DNA of 42,164 bases from Craspedostauros australis (lineage: Eukaryota). This document shows positions 1 to 13,367 of the stretch, piece after piece. A program made the position numbers and the translations under genes. The notes under the pieces are model-generated. The model was given only the letters and a program-made list of their open reading frames with translations. It was not told the origin of the DNA and made no database searches. The stretch's first letter is position 1. Every line of letters starts with the position of its first letter. The stretch covers positions 1-42,164 of the forward strand of contig JALAGF010001174.1 in NCBI GenBank assembly GCA_030167865.1. The letters are read 5' to 3'.

Positions 1-1378
1 GACTTTTGGACTGTAGATTATGGAAGAAACTGTTGTTGCCTTATCATGGGAAATGAAAAATTACCGTCTTTCCCCCCCCCCCCAGAGTGTCATGGCTTGT
101 AACGGTGGTGGTGGTTCAGAAAATCGGGCATGTTTTGTTGGGCATCGCATCCATTTTCGAAGAACGCATGAAACAGAGAACGTGTTCATGATGTCGAGTA
201 ACCCAGCAACTCAGGCACAAAACGAAGCGAACATTCTTTGAAGCCACAGAATGATTCTATCTATCGCTCCCTACAATAATGCTCTTTCCGTGCGCAGGAG
301 CCTTTATCTTACCACTACTTGTACTAGTATAATACATCGGTCATCGGTGCTGGATTGAGGGTGATGCTTTCCCACCTCTTCCGCTGCACTACATGCGTAA
401 GCACCGCCATGTACTATACTCTGATACTGTTCGAACTGCTCTCCGCTGCACTCTGGATTCGTAGCTCACCCTGTGTGATCTTCGTCACGACCCACCCTAC
501 AGAATGTAATCGAGATCAACGACATGTGGCACTGCACCAGACTTTTGGAGCAAACATGCGTATGTATTGTATAATATAATACCACACATAGGAAGTCGCC
601 ACGACCAACCTGTCAGCCAAATGAAGCACGATCTTCATATCTCCGGTGGTGTCATGCACGCTCATGATTCCATGACTTCATCTGGATAACGCACGATGCC
701 AATGTGATGCCTGCAAAGTCCAACATCCAACCCCCTCCACCCGAGAAACAAGACATTGCAGTCACCAAAGTCATGCTATATTCCAGGTGCCTGTACTCGT
801 GCCGCATATATACGAGTAGAAGGATGCCTATTGATGCCATTGAATACCAGATGCCGCTGGATTCCATTTTCTCAATCGCACGGAGATGCGAGAACTAGAG
901 CATCGACACGAGCATGGTGGAACTTGGAGGGCGCTTCTACTTGCAACAACAATTCTGTGAGCCGTCTTACGGTACAATCTAGGATGAGCTGTGGGGTGAA
1001 GAAGAGGGAAACGGTCACAAGGCCAACATCGCCGACCTCAGCCCTTTGCACTCACTCACTCGCAGGTCCATGCGGTGTGGTTTAATCGTTGCATTGGTCA
1101 CCGCTTTGATAAGACTTGAATCGAGTACCGTGCCCTCCACAACATGTTCCAACAGATTCCATAGTACTAGTATCGCCCCGGCACCAGGACTACCCCCGAT
1201 TGCGGCATTCCGGCGCTTGGGGAGTATCTGTATGTCAGAGAAGTCGGTGCAGTTTCATGATTGCAATCGTCACAGCAGCACCTAAAATAGATCGACTTCA
1301 AGCTCTTCAGAACCGAGAGCCTGTTCCGGAACCACACCTCCACCATAGTACGAAGGACTCCATTCCACTCTGCGCTTT

Positions 1379-1400
1379 CTCTCTCTCTCTCTCTCTCTCT
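1379..1400 (+). repeat. (CT)11 microsatellite
   Basis: Seen directly: uninterrupted CT dinucleotide run. A shorter (GA)n run lies at 1496-1509. Confidence 0.95.
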
Positions 1401-1429
1401 GCCTACGCTCATCGTTACCATACACGCCT

Positions 1430-2575
1430 ATCAATTGGGAAAGTGTGGAACGCGACAATGCTCTTTGAGTGCATCCGGATGGACAAGGAGATGTTGAGAG
1501 AGAGAGAGATAGCGAGACATCACATCGTGCCATTCGAAAAGATCGGCATCAGCCCACGACGGGCGGAGTCAATATAGCAGGACATCTACAAAGGAAACGA
1601 AGACCAGAGGCATCACCAAGGAACGGCAGCATGCGAGCTTGAACGATAAGTGGAGACTAGTCATACTCGTACCCACAGAGCGTTTCTTCCAATAGAATAC
1701 TGGTGTAGCCTACTTCATTTGGTTGTGTATCTTTTGCTTCAAGAGCGTTGCTGGGGGACGCGCATTGCGACAAGTCCCATACAATGGCACTGCCGGAGGT
1801 TGGCTTGGACACTTACCCAGGAAGTGTATAATATTATACGAGATTGGTAGTGTGGTGAAATGTGCATGAAGTGCTCGCACTCGTAACCACGCCTCGAGCG
1901 TGCCTTTCATGTGTGTGGCGCGTGGGGTTTGATTGAGCATAGGTGGTTTGCAACCATGCTTGCGAGGTTGTGGCAGCGAAGGGCGAGCGACAAGACACAG
2001 AACAACACCATAACCGCGCAGTCCAAAGAAATGGAAGAGAGCGTGATGCACTCTCAAGGAGTCTGCTCCAACAGTAAACTGGTCCAAACTTCCAATACTC
2101 TAAACTGCTTGTATTCGTGGTGCAGGTAGCGCCGTCGAACCCTAAGAACATCGTCGTTTCCAGTTTGGAGTTGTTCTGGGTGGAGATTTTGGGGAAAGGA
2201 ACAGCCGAAGCTTCCTTTGGGAGAAACCCGACCAGACCGTTGTGTTCTTCCCGACCAAACCACTCTTCGTGACGGCTCCGGAATGGCACGCGATGCACGT
2301 GAATGGGTCGAAACAATGGGGCAATGCAAGATTCCGAACACATACTCCGGTCGTCCAGGGTATGCCACAAGCAAGGATGAGCGTCCGGGCGTCACTACCA
2401 AGACTATGGACAATTCCTCAAACGACACCGAGCCCTTGCATCCTCTTCTCTCTGCGCTTCTACAAATATTCGAACGAGTTGCGGAGATGTCTGTGCAATA
2501 CCATCCCTTTGCTGGTCATCTTTTCGCGGAAGGCAGATTCAAACATGAAGAAATCGACCGATTAAGTCGCTGACT
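1430..2575 (+). pseudogene. Probable decayed HA (helicase-associated) domain-repeat gene
   Basis: Fragments in changing frames resemble the HA consensus (W..M...L..Y....GHC.VP.....LG.W...QR..Y......ER...L...GF.W): VWNATMLFECI..HHIVP (~1443-1530), ITKERQHASLND (~1610), QVPYNGTAGGWLG (1771-1809), WGLIEHRWFATMLARL (1923-1970), SFLWEKPDQ (2209-2235), GQCKIPNTYSGRP (~2319-2357), EGRFKHEEIDRLSR* (2529-2573). They are broken by stops and frameshifts. Motif recognition by eye only. Confidence 0.45.
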
Positions 2576-5068
2576 GACTGACACGCAAAGTCGGTTCTGT
2601 GGTTGCGATGCGCGAAGTTCCACGAAGATGCATCGGATGTCCAACTCCCTCCATCACCAACCTCTGCGCAGAGCGAAGACGGCTACAACTATCCTGTGCC
2701 ATACATTCGAAAACTATTCTAGTAAAATAGGGTAAAGCAATGGATTCCATCTATAACAATATAGAATATAAAATAGCGCCATTCAAGAGACGCATCTCTG
2801 GTTTCGCTCATGGTGGGGGCAAACCTCGCCGAAGACAGACGGCGACGAACATGGTCGGGAGGACCGCGTCGCGGAACAAAAAAGATTGCTGCCCTGCACC
2901 TTGTTCCACAACGGCAAGCACTGGAGGATTTGTGGACGAATGGTGGGTAGAAACAAGATCTCCACAGCACGGAGTGTCATTCCTTGGTAAGCAGAGCACT
3001 GGACAAGTCTAATACTTGAAGCTGACGCAAGGCTGGTCGGGACGAGCGACAGTACTGGATTCTGTCGGTGGTGTCACGGATGGAGGGCACATCATGTCCA
3101 CCTAAATCCGCCAATCACCACTAGGACAACAATCGCGCATTTCGCACTTCGTCCTCTCACTTCACATTCTACTTGTATGCACTCGTATGTCTGCTTATCT
3201 CACACAGTCGCATGGTTCGTTGCACATGTACTTTAGGTATTAATTCTCTTTGTGGATGACTCGTTGTGCATGATACACGATGCGGCAGAAGGTGATTGAC
3301 TCGCACCCTTTGGAGCTGTAATCATGATCGCGAGAGCGATGAAAACGAAAACGAAAACAGAGCCAAGCAGGGGCCAGAACATGCACGATGGTGGCGCCTG
3401 AGTTGGACAACTCGAGGTAGAGCGGAGCGTGGCAGCAGATCGTGGTGATAACGTGAGCAGGATCACGTCGTCTCTCCAGAGAGAGAGAGAGAGGGACTCA
3501 GACCAACATGTTGATGAAAGACGAGGTGACATTGAATAACGCATGGTATAGTAGCACGAACATCGAAAAGGCGGACGACGCAATCAAGGTTCTGTCCTGT
3601 GCTGTTCTGAATCCATCTCGATATCACCTCTCTGTTCTCCGCAGTGCGATAGTATGCTATGTCTACGGCTGGATGTGGAGGCCAGAAGCGCAAGATGTCT
3701 GCCGGAGTTTCTATTTGTCTGAAGACCGCAGAGAGCTGCCCAGGTACCGGAAGTGACGGAAACGCATGGTGCAAGTGCCAGTAGAATGCCAGGGAGATCT
3801 GTGCTTTCCAACCACCATCACTTCTACCCAGCTGTTTGATCATGAAATGTGGAAAGCGATATTCTCGCTGGTGGTCTTGCCGGGACAACCACGATACCAT
3901 GGAGCTGTAGTTGTTCGTACAGGGGAAGAGAGAAGAGAGAGTGAGAGCCAAAGGAGACAGAGCGAGAAGACAAATACGGAGACGAAGGTGGAGACATAGC
4001 GATTCTTTCATGCTCCCTGAACGTTGATTCAAAGTGAAATGCAAGTACTCTGTGCTGCGCTGCTCTGCCCAGCTCTATTCCAAGCACCTCAGATGCCAAT
4101 ACTGCGTGCGTGCTCTCGAGCGTGGTTTGATTTGGTCGGGAAGAGCCAAAAGGGTACCAAATGGAACGAAAGAGCTTGCCTCGCTTCACGAGTACTCACC
4201 TTTCTGTAGGCATGGGGCTGTACAGGTTGCAGCGCCGCAATGGCGCGTCGACACGTGTCATACAGATCGGGCTCGTTGTGAGCTTGTTTACTTTCGCTTC
4301 GGAAGGAACACCCGGCTGCTACTGGGACTTGGGATCGCCACACACCCCAAGGACACATTCATGGAAGCGCGTCCATCTGAAGCCTGCATCCTTGTGTTGC
4401 CCATGTTTGTACTCGTATTTCCGTGGACTCGCCTCCTTCGCTGCGATTCATTTGGTCTCTGACGCCACCATGATCGATCGGGCGCAGGGACAAGGCCTCG
4501 CTGCGCTCGTCCGTCGCGGTGGTGCACCAAGTGAGCGACTGGCTCGGGACGGTGCTGGGCAACGTTGCAGGCAAGCGATCGTTGTGCACTGCTGCGCCTC
4601 CATGGGCCAAGCCATCGTCGACGTCGGCATCGATGTCCGCCATCCACCGCTCCTCCTCGCCTCCTGTTCCTGTCCATGACGGAAACGTCGCTGACGAACC
4701 AAAATGAGATGAAATCGATTCTGTCCAAAGGTATCCACGACTCGACCATATCGATCACAGTATCAATCCCGCCTATGTACGACTTATCCGAACGCCACGT
4801 TGGTCATTGTTTCGCGTGAAAACAACACGGTCGTGGTCATTGCGGTGCGCAGCAACACCAAGACGGAGGCGAAGACCCAGATCGACATGGAATGTTTGCG
4901 CGCAACGGATGATCGAGGGAGGCAGACGCGGCAGCATCTTTGCCGCCGCCATCGTCAACCGTTCGATCCACACACCCGCTTCGCTTGGGAACTGCTATTC
5001 CCTATTCATAGAATACATCGTACCTATCCCATCCGCAGCGCCCTGATCCGTCGGTCTTCACCTTCCTG

Positions 5069-5921
<853 letters not shown>

Positions 5922-6588
5922 ATATGCTCTGCTCTGGAATATGCTCGTAGTATTACATCATATTCTACAATATTATATAATATCATATTATATGATACAG
6001 CACAGACGTCGAAACGCATGCGGAACCAGCACCGCAGCGCCAACCAACTTCATGGACACTCCAAACACCATATCACATCACTCATCACATCACACCATAT
6101 ACCCTTGTAGTATAGCAGTACGGTATCATACCTACTCCGACCACACTCTCCATACTTATTCAAACACCATACTACTATCACACGTATCATGCGCATGCGC
6201 ATCATACCTGGATGGCAAAGCAACGTGTACTCCATCCTCCATTCTTCAAATGAATGAGATCAATTTTCATCATCTTTTCCTTCCGGCAGTCCTTGGCTTC
6301 GCGCATTCGGTCTCAACAACAGACGACTCTGACACGAAGTCTCCATTGTGGAAGTCATGAGACCGGCCACTCGCGAACTCATCGTTACCTGCCGGCATCG
6401 ATTGTTCAGAACACAACCGCCAACCCCAAAGTGGAGCATGTTATTCATGTCAACCAACACAACAACAGGATACATTGCTTTGTGGCTGGGAGCATGATAG
6501 TCTATAGAGTAAATTGCACTGCAGTACGTAAATTCCATTAACGTGAATCGCATTGCATTGAATTGTGGAAATCGACGGATCCGTTCGT

Positions 6589-8663
6589 TCAATCCTTCTT
6601 CACCTTGCCTCCCTGCGACACCAATTCTCCCGCCGATCGCAGCTTGTACAGGAATTCCTTCACCTGCTTGGCCTTTGTCAAACCAACGATCAGGAGGAAG
6701 GTCACCACGACGGCGTACAGATGGGAGAAGAAGTCGGACCCCGTCTTGCAAATCGTCGAATACGGGGAACATGTCGTGTCCGCGATCCAACGAAGAATGA
6801 ACGAGAGCGACGCCACTGCTATGGGGATCGCGTACCTGGAACGTATGGTAGATATAGAAATGGAAGCAGCGTTTTTGCGTGATGTGTAGAGCGCGGTTGT
6901 CGTGTGAAGAAGGAAACGACGGTGAGCACATGTGAGTGAGCCATGAAGGAATGCACACAATCGAGCACACAATCGAGCACAACGTACAGCATAACGCAGG
7001 ACAACATAACGCAGTACAAGAAGCTCCCTCCTGCCACTTACATTTCAAGACCCGCCAATGGATTGCGAGCAGTGTTGAGGGATTCGTAGACCTCAAATTC
7101 TTCCGCGATCATGGCCTTGACACGATTGCGAGCATCATCGATGGATCGTTTGGAACCGAACGTGGCGATGGCATCGAACTCGGCCAACGCCTGCTTCACG
7201 AGGAGCTTGTGATCGTCCTTGAGTTCGAGCGGGCGGATGTAGTTGGAGCACTTGGGTCCCGCGATGCGGTTCATGGTGTCCTTGTAGAGGTTGATGGCGA
7301 GCTGCGTGGCGTTGGTGTTGTTGGCGGCGGCCGTGGCCTCGAGCATGGTGGAGGCTTCGGGGAATTTGGCGCCCGATGCGAACATCTCGGCGTAGGCCTT
7401 GATGTAGGCGCCGAGCTCCGCGGCCGTCACGGATCGGCCCTGGATTTGCTTCGTCTCGAGGTTGTCGGCGTGGAAGACGCGCTGGCAGAATCGGTCCAGC
7501 AGCAGGAGGAACTCCTCCTCGATGACGTCGACGTCGCCCTTGTACTTCTTCTTGACCACCTGCATCCCCGGATGGCACAAGCCGAAGCAGGACATCGTCT
7601 TGTAGCACGCCACGATCTGCTCCCGCGTTTCCTGCAGGTCCTTGGCATTGCGGTCGGCGATGACCTGATCGAGGTATTCCGCCATCTCCTTCTCCATGAG
7701 GTCAAGATCGCCGTCCTCCTCCTCGAAGTGCTGCCAATCGCGCACGAGGAATTCCATGCGCTGGAACGGCTTGACGTCCTCGTCCGACTCTGGATCCAAC
7801 GCCAAACGAGCGTACTCGCTGAAGAGCGCCAGCTGCTGCAGGTTGTCTTCCTGGATCATTTTGTCGACGTTGTAGATTTGGTAACTGGACAGCAGGGTGG
7901 AAAGACCGAAGATGCTGGCCGTCAACGACATGGTGGTCTCATTGTCGAACATGCCCTGCGAATCGACGAGGACGACGGCGATGGTCTCCGTGCCCCCGCC
8001 GGCGGTCTTGCGCTTGACGAAATGCGGCTGCGACCACATCCATATGCCCGTCGTGTGGCGTTCGCTGCCACCGCGCCAGTCGAAGCCGTGCTCGCCCAGC
8101 GTCTGCGTCTGCTGGAACCAGGGCTTGCCGGGCTGAAGGTCCTCGGGATGCGTGAGGAAGTGCAGGTATCGCAGGAACCACGTGAGGAGGAATGATTTGC
8201 CGGTGCGGAAGGCGCCGACGACGGTGACGACCGCCACCTTCCAGCCCGGAGGTATCTTGCTCATGATGCTGACGAGTTTGTCCTCGTGGAACTTGAAGGC
8301 GAATGCGTCCTCCTTCGATCCGATGGACACGATCTGCAGCGGTTGCGGCTCTGACGACTCGTCCTTCTTCGCGGAGTCGGCGCTTGGTTGGGTTGTGGTG
8401 CTGGCCGGTTTGTCTGCAGAGGCATCTGCCTTAGCATCTGGTTTGGCATCTGGTTTGGCATCCGCAGAGGCAGCAGCATCGTCCTTCTCGGACTCTGTTT
8501 CATCTGTGCTTGTCACCGTTGTCTTTGCTGCTCCTCCTGCTGCTCCTCCTGCCGTGTCTGATTCCTTCTGTTCCCCAACATTGTCATCATTGCTGTTGCC
8601 AGCACCCTCCGGCACCAATGCAGGTGCGTCCTCGTGTTCCACCAAGACCATGTCGTCACTCAT
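6589..8663 (-). CDS. ATL: Atlastin (ER-fusion dynamin-like GTPase), 622 aa, 2 exons
   Basis: GAFRTGKS P-loop, TTGIWMW, DSQGMFD, LVRDW. Exons are 8663-7042 and 6835-6589, with intron 7041-6836 (GTAAGT...TCCAG, 206 nt). Exon 2 encodes the two-TM hairpin and ends KVKKD, a KxKxx ER-retrieval-type motif. Confidence 0.95.
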
Positions 8664-11613
8664 TCTTAATGACTCGATGTTGTGCTTTCCGAATTCAGGG
8701 GTTGTTTGTTGCGGCTGTCACTGCTTCTCTCGCTGCTTCTCTTACTCCTTCTGTTGGTGTCAATGTTGTCAATACCGTGGGCGATGTGGATGTGGATGGT
8801 GATGTTGTTGATGACACCGAAGCTCCTCCTCGCATCAGTACGACTCCGGCATTCTCATGTGGAAGTGCTTCGTCCAATGATGTCCTCCCGTCCTTGCGGT
8901 CACCGTTTCGATTGATGTGTGCCTCTTTGTTTGTCTGTCTGTGGTTGCTCGTGCGAGTATTCTGCCGGAATTCTATTCCTTGACTCACGTGACACAATGA
9001 TGTCGCGTCACTTTGCGCGTTCGTTCGTGTCTGTTCGTCTTGCTTCGTCTGCGTAGGAGGGTGACTGCCGCTCGCCTACGGACACAACCGTTCGCATTGC
9101 ACGAAACGAAGGAATTGACGCAGGTACGAAACCTTGGCAGATGCTGTCGTGGTGTGGGACCAACACTCCGCTCAGCTCTACTCCATTCCTACCCTGCATG
9201 TAATAGAATATGACCTATTCTATCAGACATCTTGCATCTGCTTTATGCGTCCAATCATCCTCACCACACCTCCGTTGACCCCATTCAGATTGATGCCATC
9301 CCTTCGAATGCTACAGCTGTGGTGCAATGATAATGCTATTGCACTCGTATAATAGTGTGTGATCGTTCGTTCTTTGCTCCCAGAGAGAGAGAGAGAGGCA
9401 GAAGTGTTGGGGGTATCCTTTTGGTTGGTCTTGCCGCTCGCAGCAGTCGCACTATGTGAATGGCTGTCAGTCAAAGTGTTGGGAAACATGTCTGTCTTTG
9501 TGTTTGCCCTATGTGCAGTTGTCTGTCTGCGAACAAGAACGTCCCACTGTGATACCGAATGATGCGGAAGACACCAAGTGTGTCCTATTTGATACCAACT
9601 CGAACACTCCAACGCAAAAAGGAACGGACGACAACAGTTGAGCATTATATCAAATAATATATTATAGTATAATAATGCTTGAGTGGATCATGTACAATTG
9701 ATGTCGCCGTCAAGAACAACACGGGCACATCGAATATTCATATCGCGGCTTTCCTTCCACAACCCTGACGCGGCAATGCCATTGCTCGATGCCACCGATC
9801 TCGATGTCGATGCGCAAGGCGGCGACGGCCACTTCATGATGTTGCCCGATACATGAAGTCGATTTTTGCCGATATGCGATTACGCCGCGGTGCTGATTAC
9901 ACCATAGCGACACACAACAACAACTCTGCGGCACTTGACCTTGTCGGTGGCGACGACGAACAACGCGCTGGGTGCTGTCAGCATGTCGCAAGGCATGTCG
10001 AACGGGAGCTGTTGCAACTGGAAGAGGAGGAGGTAAAGACAAAGCGCCATGTCTCGGTGAGGTTTTCGGTGGCTATTCTCGATGCTAAGAATGCCAGTGG
10101 TAGCGACGGGAGAGATGCTCATAGTGAGACACCGGAGGGTGTGACCTGAACCGCAAATGAAGACGGCTTTGGCCTTGGCAAATACCAGTTCTCAAGAAGG
10201 AGCACTTCTCTTTTCCTTTGGCCAGTCAAACGCAGATTGTTAGCATCGTTGCATAGAAGTATACAGGCGGATGTTGCCGAATGTGAACCTAGGTCATGCG
10301 GCACCATTCGCGTCCCCATCGTGCGGAATTGACTCTTCATTTTCTCTGTTTCGATGCGCATTGGATGTGTGTAATAGCGGTCCAGGCCTACTCCATTCCT
10401 GTAGGAATGCGTCACCACGAGAGGAAGATGACAAAGCAACAAGCATCCACCAGTGCTCCTCCATCTGCGGTATTGTTGGTATCTGTTGGTATCTGTTGGG
10501 TTGTAGTTTGTGTCGGAGGCGCCGCATTGGTCCATCCTGCCAATCCAATGCTCGCCGCACTCGGACGATTCACGAAATGGAACGTAAACTGACCAGACCA
10601 ATCTTTCAGCGCAGGACCGCACCGTCCTTCAGAAATGTCACCTGCGAGCATGTCCATTCACGACGAACAAGCCCGCGCTCGAATGAGGTGGGATTGAATG
10701 AACAGAGCTGTACTTTTGCGTCCAGCCAAAGACACGGACAGGATAGGATCCACGTTAAGCAGCCGACGGAGTGAGCCGGTCATCCCACCTCATCGCTCTC
10801 CTCCATTGGAACCAACACTTGTTCCTATTGTCCGTCACGCCAAGTCGTTGCACGCATGAAATCAAAGAAGTGGTGGCAAAGCGATGAAGACTCGGATCAT
10901 GCAGGTCATCAGGTCGCAGCTGTTCACACCACCTTGTGTTGCCTGCTGTTCTTGGTCGGCACCCGTGTTCGTACCGTAACGCTGTTTCAACCGTTCTACA
11001 TGCATCTCTGCTTGATGCCATCTGTTTGTGAAGCGGATGCGGCGAACTGGCTTCGCCAAACAGGCGAAGCGTCAGTTGGGAGAACAAAACGAGAAGGGTG
11101 AGGCGCCGACACAATATGGACCTGATCATCATCACCCTCTCTCTCTGTTGTGGATCCTCTCTGTGGACACGCTCCATTCTACACGTATCGGTACTCCTAT
11201 TAGCGCTCTGGCACACGAGAGCATGCATGTATCCATTCATGATCAAGGATGTATTCCGCTATTCCAACTCTGCATCCCCACCTCCAGCTGCTCGTGTTCG
11301 CGTATCCAACTTCTGCTTGGATTTGGCGGTGGCGTGTGTGTAGTTGAGCGGAGTTAAGATAGTTGTGTGATGATAGGTGGGGTGGACACACAGGAAAGTC
11401 CAATGTTCTGCGTCTCCAACGCCGCACGCAATCATTGCCATGATGTTCATCTGCATGGTGCAGACCGTGCCATTCTCCGTGATTAGAGGCACATGTGGCA
11501 ACGAGCCCGCAATCGCTCTCATTGCCAACGCCAACGATCAAACACCAGCACGCCAGCACTGCCGTCACGATTTCCATCGCTCACAAAATCCCACAACAAC
11601 AAAAACAGACACC

Positions 11614-13074
11614 ATGAGCGACCTCATCTCTTCCATGTCCTTCTATACTATGTCGGACACTTCCATCATCGCGGCCGTCCTCGTCGCAGCGATCACGTTC
11701 GCGCTGTACACCCTCGTCCACAAGCCGCAACCAAAGAATGCCCCACCGAACGCGACAGTGGGCATGTTCGAGACCATGTCATCCATGGTCGGCGTCGACT
11801 CGCCATGGTTCTTGCTCAACACAGCAAAGGCCACTGGCGCATCCATCTTCAAGCTCAACATCCCCATGCCAGGTGGCCTGTACATCGTCGGTGATGCCAA
11901 AGCGCAGCGCGAGATCTTCTTGGACAAGACCACGGACAAGTCCAGGGCTCTGTACAAGTCGTTCGACGGCGCAGTCGGGTGTCCATCCCTCCTCACGCGC
12001 ACCGCCGAGGACCCACGATGCAAGCCATTCCGCAAGGGCGTCATGCCAGCCTTCGCATCCAGCGAGATCAGTCGCATGAACAGCATCTGCAACAAGTACG
12101 CGCAGAAGTTCATTGGTGAGGTCCTCGAGCCTCTCGCCGATACCGACAAGACCTTCGATCCTGGCCACGAGTTCCCCAAGCTCGTCTTCCACTCCGTCAT
12201 GGAGGCCAGCTTCGAGTACAGCTCCACCGATGAAGAGTACTATCAGTTCTCATCCGATTCCCTCATTGCGTACCGCGAGTACGCCTACACCCAGTCCCTC
12301 AACCCACTGCGCAAGATCTTTGGAGCATTTATCCCCACCGTGCGCGAGGCTCGCCGATGTGGTGACGCCATCACCGAGTTCGGCAGGAAGATCCTGCGAG
12401 CCTACCAGAACAACCCCAACAAGTCCACTAACAACACCGCCATCAAGCTCATCGACAGCAACCCGCACTACCACACGGAGCTCGAGAAGATCGCCGACGT
12501 CAACCTCTTCCTCATCGGCGGATTCGACACCACAGGGTACACCATGGCCAGCACAGTGACGCTGTTGGCCAAGCATCCCGAGACGATGAAGCACCTGCAG
12601 AAATCGTTGCTCAGCGATGATGCCGAGGCGGCCAAGGAAAGCATGGCGCACGTCATCACCGAGTCCAATCGCATGGCCCCGGTCACCGCGTTGGGATCGG
12701 CCCGGAAGCTTAACCGCGACTTCGTCCTCCTCGATGAAACCAACAACACGAAGGTGGAGCTGTCAAGCGGCTCCAACGTGTTCCTCCCCCACATGCTGCC
12801 CCATCGCAACGGTAACGTGTTCAAAAACCCCGATGAGTTCAGCCCGAAGCGCTGGGAGACCGCGACAAACGACATGCTGGAGAGCATGATGACGTTTGCT
12901 CATGGCAGCCGCAATTGTGCCGGTCAATCCTTGGCCAAGGCGGAGCTGTTCTCCGTGATGCCGAAGGTGCTGTCGAAGTACGAGTTCGAGGTTGTGGAGG
13001 AAGGCGAGCTTTCGTACTTCATGACGTGGAAGTACGTCGGAACAAAGCTCCGTGTCAAGAGGATCAATCCATAA
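11614..13074 (+). CDS. Cytochrome P450 (486 aa, intronless)
   Basis: N-terminal membrane anchor (IIAAVLVAAITFALY) followed by a Pro-rich hinge, I-helix GGFDTT, K-helix ESNR, FSPKRW (PERF-type) and heme motif FAHGSRNCAG. The start is placed at the ATG following an A/C-rich leader. The upstream part of the ORF track is probably non-coding. Confidence 0.95.
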   Translation: MSDLISSMSFYTMSDTSIIAAVLVAAITFALYTLVHKPQPKNAPPNATVGMFETMSSMVGVDSPWFLLNTAKATGASIFKLNIPMPGGLYIVGDAKAQREIFLDKTTDKSRALYKSFDGAVGCPSLLTRTAEDPRCKPFRKGVMPAFASSEISRMNSICNKYAQKFIGEVLEPLADTDKTFDPGHEFPKLVFHSVMEASFEYSSTDEEYYQFSSDSLIAYREYAYTQSLNPLRKIFGAFIPTVREARRCGDAITEFGRKILRAYQNNPNKSTNNTAIKLIDSNPHYHTELEKIADVNLFLIGGFDTTGYTMASTVTLLAKHPETMKHLQKSLLSDDAEAAKESMAHVITESNRMAPVTALGSARKLNRDFVLLDETNNTKVELSSGSNVFLPHMLPHRNGNVFKNPDEFSPKRWETATNDMLESMMTFAHGSRNCAGQSLAKAELFSVMPKVLSKYEFEVVEEGELSYFMTWKYVGTKLRVKRINP

Positions 13075-13367
13075 ATGCAGATGATATCGAGAGAAGAATA
13101 TCGTAGTCGACTCTCTTCATCTTTCTATCACAAGTTCGCGAAAGGTGGAGCAAGAAAGGACCAGAGGTTCAGGCATGAGAACAAATAAGCCATCATACAT
13201 AAACAAATCATCACAAGCACACGCATGAGCACCAGCGCACCCTTTTTTGCTCTTCCGCAAGGTCAGCATCGCAGCACGCACATGCCGATACAGAATGCCT
13301 CGCCCTGCAATCTGCGATGACACTCTCTAGATTGCTTTTTTGTTGCGATTTCCCAGTTCTCAATCCT

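Noticed and set aside
650-1260. Minus-strand Leu-rich peptide fragments that might be a decayed LRR-type gene
   Set aside because: No clear LxxLxL periodicity or family motif; too weak to call.
3508-3999. Two ORFs in the same frame separated by a single TGA (3754-3756), suggesting selenocysteine or read-through
   Set aside because: The context (YRK*RKR) is not redox-motif-like, there is no recognisable domain, and I could not identify a SECIS. It may be decayed or non-coding.
6936-8195. 419-aa + strand ORF antisense to atlastin
   Set aside because: Shadow ORF caused by the strong C/G third-position bias of atlastin. It has no domain and the typical antisense composition.
11377-11613. 79-aa N-terminal extension of the P450 in the ORF track
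   Set aside because: It starts at GTG and is not protein-like. The membrane anchor follows the ATG at 11614, which sits after a typical A/C-rich leader.
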